Assembly (NCBI GenBank): GCA_002269645.1
Contig: NIVC01002827.1
Coordinates: 1 to 64,000, forward strand
From: Macrostomum lignano
Taxonomy: Eukaryota
DNA length: 64,000 nt
Direction: 5' to 3'
The position numbers and the translations under genes are program-made. Every line of letters begins with the position of its first letter. Within the stretch, counting starts at the first letter, position 1. Of the stretch, positions 58,091 to 64,000 are shown in pieces. The notes below the pieces were generated by a model, which worked only from the letters and a program-made list of their open reading frames with translations, had not been told where the DNA came from and made no database searches.

Positions 58091-60037
58091 TTATGATCGA
58101 TAAATCAATTAATGAATCTTCATCATGTGAATCTTTGTTTTGCCGCCAATTTAAACTAATACATTCGTGCAAAATTTGTAACATAAACTAAGAGTTAACT
58201 CATGACGATATTTTACTACTGTTCAGTAGGATTAAAGCGTAACTGTGTTAAGAAAAATTGTTGTAAAGAAATTTAGCATACCCCTTTTTGCAATAAAATC
58301 CAATTGGCTGTGTTTTTAATGTTTGTTTTGATAAAGTTTTTTATAAAAAATATCTCAGCAGGTTTTCAATCGGGTCAAATTCCCGATATGTATCGTAGAA
58401 AACTGTATAAACTTTGTTTAGGGCCACTTAGCAAAATTGTTTTCGAAACATATCGGAGTTGAGAAAATTTTATTATGATTAAAATTACTTGTTACTATAG
58501 TTATATTATCGGAATTTTTGAGTCCAGAAATGTTTGTTCCACGTTTCCATCTACATTATCAATAAAGAATTTTTTCACGTCCTTATCAGAAGTAATAAAG
58601 CTTTAGCTCGTATTTGTTAAAGCATATTTCTTGCTTAATCGCATAGCTAATTAAAGCCTATCGATATCTAAGATGCTTTATACATCTCACTTGAGCACAT
58701 TTGAACAATTTGTGTATAAATAGTAAGTATGATTGGATTTAATAAATACAGCAAATATCGAATAATGCTTTGAAAAGTTTTTGACCTTAATCGTTTAATT
58801 TATTATTTAATCCGCAATGTTTGCCAATTCTCTTACATTCCAAGCAAAATTTTGAGCGGTTTTTAAAACGTTTTTTGAACCATTTTTATAGATTCACTCT
58901 TTTCTAGCCGCGTAAAATTGATTTGTACATAAAAATTTACATGCTACTGTTTTTAATAAGTAGAGCATCGAGCGTCTTTTGCCTATTTTATTTTTGACGC
59001 TTATATCATTGTACTAAACAAGATTTGCACTGTGTGCTCCTGCTGTCTAATTCTATTGCGCTGTTTTCTTTGAAAATCGAATCAAGTTCGCGCCAATTCA
59101 AATCTTCGCCCCCAACCACTTTCATCCCAGTTGTGGCTGTAGGTCCTCTCTGAGTCAGCCACCAGGTCACTGTGTAAGTTCATTTTGCTTTCTTTGTCCC
59201 ACGCAGGCTGTTATTCGAGTTGAAAGGTCAGTTTTTATAAGAGTTATTAAAAACTAGCTTAAATAACTTCGTGTGTTTAAAATGGCTGTGCCTTTGCTGT
59301 TGTGTTCGGTATGCCACATTTTGCGCTTGTGCTATTAGTATTGTAATTTTCATCGCAATTTTTTTGGGGAAATTTTATAACGAATTACAACTAATTTTAC
59401 TACCGTCTGCTATCATACTACTGTCTGCCGATAATTAGCACTGTAAGGTTATTTTAGGAATTTTATATTTGACCTGATCATCTTGGCACTAGTTTTCCAA
59501 CAAAAGGTTAAAATTTTAATTGTCAGGCATTATAATAAGACTGTTTGCAATGCACGGCAGTGTTTTTATTTGTTGAATATACAAGTAAAGAGTAACTAGA
59601 ATTTATTACAGAAATGAGTCTAAATCAAGATAATTCGAGACTTTGTAACTTTGTGCCTTCTACGAGCCGTGAATAGATTATGTAGTTGTATTTTGATAGT
59701 TATAGAATAAATTCGAGATTTGTATATAAAAGCCAACCTCTGGCAGGCTACATGCTATGCTGTTGAAATTAGCATTAGACTAGCAATCGCCAATCACCAC
59801 TTGGGAGCCTACAAAGATTTTTTTAATTTTTAAATAAACAGCACGTTGTCTTCTGGCCTCTTATCAATTCCGCCAGTCATTCCCTCATTCCCGCATCATC
59901 TCATGAGTAAGCCCTGACATCTCAGCGATTCCTCCGTAAGCCTGGACATCTCAGCAATGCCCCCCGTAAGCCTTGACATCTCAGCAACCCCCCGTGGAAT
60001 TTGCTATCTCAGCGATTCCGCGGTTGAACGGGAGTAC

Positions 60038-61014
60038 GAGATTTGCTAGCAGGAAATCTGCTAGCCGAAGTTTGCTAGCGAGAAATTTGCTTGCCGAAGC
60101 TTGCTAGCAGGAATTTTGCTAGCGAGGATTTAGCTAGCCGAAATCTGCTAGCGAGGATTTAGCTAGCCGAAATCTGCTAGCGAGAATCCAACCAAAACCG
60201 GCAAGCAGCAATTTGGCTAGCCGAACTCAGGAAGTTGTAATTAGCTAGAGAAATTTGCTTGTCCAGCTTGTCCAGAATTTCACTAAGTCCTCTATAGCGT
60301 CGCTCCACTTTTACCAATCCTCTTCAAATCCAATTTTCAACAATTTTGACACAATCGTGTGTAAAGTTTCGAGTCTCGAAGTTAATTCTGAACGGCACTG
60401 TGTACTTTTAAAGTTAGTCTGCTTTTCGTCAGCGAGACAGCCACCCTAATCTCCGCCTCTCTCTCCTTCCTGACCACTGGACAGATGTGTGAAGGGGGTT
60501 TTAAAATTAACTAACTTTCAGCTGCCATAAGTTTGCTCCACGTACAGCGATTGACTTCAAACTTGATAAAATTCTTCATTGACTCATTCTCTGTCAAAAT
60601 GTAAAGTTTCAACTTTGTACCTCAGTTAGAACAGAAACTGTAGGCATGTGAAGTTTGTCTGCTTTTTCTGTTGTTTGTGCTACTCACTCACTCATTCCCC
60701 AGACCAAGGATCAGGTGATAGGGCTCAATGTACATAGCAAATGTACAGTGTTCTGGAATAACTTTTAATAGCCTTCTCTGCTAACATTTAGCCATGACAG
60801 TTCAGTAAGGAATTCAACTACTGTCCTAACTACAAGCTATCTGATTGCGACTTGAGAGTATTGTCCCCCACAATGACAAACTGACTTTCTAAACACTTGA
60901 ACTGATGCTGATGCTTTTAGTTATAAAATATTTGGGATTTTTACCCACTTCTCTGGATTTTTTTAGGTTAAACAATACAAAATCCTCGCTAGCAAAATTC
61001 CTGCTAGCAAATTT
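60038..61014. mobile_element. Putative TIR/foldback element bounded by GCTAGC-rich subrepeats
   Basis: 60101-60130 and 60981-61010 are a perfect 30-bp inverted pair; tandem TTGCTAGC units at 60040-60240; no TSD identified. Confidence 0.5.
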
Positions 61015-61130
61015 CATAGACCCTATCTATCAGCGTGTTACGGCTACTAAGAATAAGATGACAAGAATTAGAAATAGTATGGAAGTAAAGTAAGTGCCGA
61101 ACGAATGTAAAAGCATCGTTTAAATGTGGT

Positions 61131-61146
61131 GGCCCTGAAAAGGGCC
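61131..61146 (-). terminator. Histone 3' stem-loop (GGCCCTTTTCAGGGCC) of the H2B gene
   Basis: Canonical 6-bp stem and 4-nt loop with AAAAC 5' flank and ACCACA 3' flank, 84 nt after the H2B stop. Confidence 0.95.
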
Positions 61147-61230
61147 GTTTTAGCGTTCTTTAGAATTAGCTTTATCGTAACTTCCTAGCGGCCGGAGAAT
61201 AGACTCCACTCCGCAGAATCAAGGACCCTC

Positions 61231-61596
61231 CTACTTGGCACTGGTGTACTTGGTGACGGCCTTGGTGCCCTCGCTGACGGCGTGCTTGGCCAGCTCACCA
61301 GGCAGGAGCAGGCGAACGGCAGTCTGGATCTCCCGGCTGCTGATGGTGCTGCGCTTGTTGTAGTGGGCCAGTCGGCTAGCCTCGCCGGCGATGCGCTCGA
61401 ACACGTCATTGACGAAGCTGTTCATGATCATCATGGCCTTGCTGGAGATGCCGGTGTCGGGGTGCACCTGACGGAGCACCTTGTAGATGTAGATAGCGTA
61501 GGACTCCTTCCTCCTGCGCTTCCTCTTCTTGTCAGTCTTGGGAGCCTTGGCCTTGCTGGCCTTCTTGGCGGCCTTTCCACTGACTTTCGGCGGCAT
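61231..61596 (-). CDS. H2B: Histone H2B, replication-dependent type, intronless, 121 aa
   Basis: [55 protein letters not shown]...[13 protein letters not shown]. The true start is the ATG at 61596, not 61752. CCAAT at 61749-61753 and a TATA-like tract at about 61676-61685. Confidence 0.98.
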   Translation of the reverse strand: MPPKVSGKAAKKASKAKAPKTDKKRKRRRKESYAIYIYKVLRQVHPDTGISSKAMMIMNSFVNDVFERIAGEASRLAHYNKRSTISSREIQTAVRLLLPGELAKHAVSEGTKAVTKYTSAK

Positions 61597-62634
61597 GCTT
61601 GTGAGTTTGACTTCGAAGGTATTCGAATAATTTCGGAGAACGAAGTTGTGTTGACTTGTGTTCGAGAAAAGCGTGTATATATTATGCGTCAGTCCGTTTC
61701 TGAACCGCAAAAATCTGCTAAGTCGATATTTTAGTGAAACCCTGACAGCCAATCAGCTACGAGCTCTGCAATGGGCAAACAAATCTAAACTGCGCGAATC
61801 GTTTCACTCTACTATCAGCGGTACATAGAGAATATTTTTTCTAAATCTTATAAACATTCAAAATTGAAGACGGCGTCAAACTGATTCTGAATCTCGTAGA
61901 ATCTGGAAGTTTATTTACTTTTTTAGTTGTGTATGTAGAATTTACTTTTTGTCTTACACGATATGTATCGAAAGCTTACTTTGTAGGACAGTTTCTGATT
62001 ATTGTAATTTGTTTTTATTAATCAAATAACTAAACCTAAAGATTCGCTGTAATAAATTGGGTTTAGGCTTCATTGCAGCGCGATACGCAAAACTATAGTT
62101 TATTCACATTTTAGGGTTGAAAATCTTTATTAAATAAGATAGTAAGATAGATAGATAGCACTCAACAATAGTAATTTAAACACAGTTACAAATATGTGGC
62201 ATCGGAGGGTAAGAAAGTATACTGTATAGCAACAAGTTTACAAATGCAACAGGAAATTTTAGTGGCAAAAGCGGGGCAGCAGGCTATACAGATAATTTTT
62301 GCCACACAAAGTACATGTACGAGCACGTAGATAGACCAATTTGCGAATCATTTTTTACTGAATTGATGAAATCCGTAAAATATGCCGACTACATTCGTTT
62401 AATGCTACTTTGACTGATTTTAAGTAACATAAATCGTTTTTCTGAAGAAATGAAAACAGAAAAAACAAAATCTAATTTTTTTATGCTGAGGCGCGTAAAT
62501 AAGGACAATTTTTGCTTTACTTTGACTAAGCAGAAAAAGCAATTTATAAAGGAGAGCAATAAATAGCATAGCAGAAGAAATAGCAAAACCAACGGTATTC
62601 TTCGCTTAATCTCAAGCAAAATTAGAATCAGTTT

Positions 62635-63008
62635 TTACAACCACGCAGCAGAAAGCTGGCGCCGCTTCGTCTCTTCCACCTGAAAAGCGTCAACTTCGTC
62701 GATTTCGTTGCTAGGGGATGGTTGCCATGCAACAGAGAAACCAACACCTGGGGAGCGAATTAGGCGCGAGCACATGTCAATCACTCGAGGACTGAGCCGG
62801 CTGCCTAGACGAGCGATCAGGCTGGGCGCCAGCACGTCCCTTGTAACGGTTCGAATCACCGACTTCTGCTGCAGCACCCGGCTGAGAAAGGTGGAGTCGC
62901 GGTTGCCGCTGCTCTGAGCAGACTGGCTGCAGCAGTGAGATTTGAGCATCTCGATGTAGTTGTGGTGCTGCTTGTACACCTCGCCAGGGCTGCACAGCGG
63001 AAGGCTCT
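62635..63008 (-). CDS. Unknown coding exon
   Basis: GC3-rich frame after acceptor TTCTTCAG (63009): ESLPLCSPGEVYKQHHNYIEMLKSHCC...RRQLSAAWL*. A possible 7-nt first exon ATGGATG/GT lies at 63378-63372. No recognised domain. Confidence 0.45.
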
Positions 63009-63764
63009 CTGAAGAATTGGTTAAAAGTAAAGCGACGATATGTATCGTAACTGACTTAATAAAGCAATAATATATATAGGAAGCGATGCTTACTACTGAC
63101 GATATGTATCGGAAATAATATAATAAAGCAACAAATAGCATGAAGTCGACTGGACGACATGGATCGAAAAACAAAAAATAAAGAAGAAATTTCTACTGCT
63201 GACGAATAAAATAAGCCTTACTGTCGATATGTATCCGAAAATTATGTTAACAAAGCACTAGTTATGCTTATATACTAAAGGAAGTTATGCAATCAGACAG
63301 AATTTGTGATTTGTTCTAGGAAAAATGAAGACTCAGGTTGCTATAGTAATACTGTTGTAAGGTTTCTTCACCATCCATTTTTAACGAGGGAAAAAATTGA
63401 AAGCATAACAATTTTCCCCTTCATAAAACTGCGCAGCAAAAATCTTCGAAGCCAACTAGCACGCTATAAAACTATATTTCGTTTCTGGCAGCAGAAGAAC
63501 TAGTTCAAGGCGCTGGCTTCGCTCGCGATCGAGCTGGCAATTTTTGCCAAATATTTGCGATTGAAACTGCAAAGCTGAAGCTTCGCCGTTCGACTTGCGC
63601 AGAAAATTAGCGTTGCTTGGGGGTTAAAAATAAACAAAGAAGCTGGCTGCCCATTCGAACTTCTGAAATCATAATTTAACCATTCGATTGGAATTACGAG
63701 CGGATGCCATGAATGCAGGCCTGAGAGTTTTTTAGGGTGGCACTTTTTCTGTTCGTGTGGCGCC

Positions 63765-63930
63765 GTTTTTGGGTAGTGGCGCCGTTTTCGAGGGTGGCGC
63801 CGTTTGTTGATTTTGGTGCCTTTTGAGGTTTAGTGCTATTTTCCGAGGGTTTGGCGCCGTTTTTGGTGGTTTTAGGCGCCACTTTTTGGTTTGGCGCCGT
63901 TTTTGGGGGGCATGGCGCCGTTTTGGGGGG
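63765..63930. repeat. Degenerate TGGCGCCGTTTT repeat cluster
   Basis: About 7 GGCGCC-centred units read directly. Confidence 0.7.
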
Positions 63931-64000
63931 TGATTATCTTCATTTTTAGTGGGATATAATTAATAAGATGGTACAGAGGGGCGGACCTACTCTCTCACCC

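Noticed and set aside
61597-61752. N-terminally extended H2B (173-aa ORF)
   Set aside because: The extension spans the promoter and 5'UTR from a non-ATG start; the conserved H2B begins at the ATG at 61596.
63765-63930. Homology of the GGCGCC cluster to the 12-kb satellite
   Set aside because: Only GGCGCC and a short CCAA are shared; the diagnostic AAGAGACAG core is absent.

Overview
Eukaryotic (animal, probably invertebrate) genomic DNA that is very rich in tandem repeats. The style would fit a flatworm such as Macrostomum, but the sequence alone cannot establish the species. Bases 1-12275 are one satellite array with an invariant 14-bp core and a small set of short spacers. Genes rebuilt by hand from GT-AG exons: a class II DYRK (DYRK4-like) kinase on the minus strand (13291-21131, with a 1-nt frameshift in one exon), a small secreted cystine-knot-like peptide ORF (minus, 34997-35293), a two-exon secreted PAN/Apple + F-type lectin gene (minus, 37325-38092), a 10-exon RAB11FIP3/4 (nuf-like) gene (plus, 40217-58090, 571 aa) and a solitary histone H2B with a canonical stem-loop (minus, 61231-61596). 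Most large introns hold their own minisatellite, and several arrays sit inside non-autonomous DNA transposons. Most ORFs in the supplied track are repeat artefacts. The most unusual signal is a pair of histone-type 3' stem-loops in intron 9 of the RAB11FIP gene, the first lying 12 nt after an in-frame read-through stop codon.
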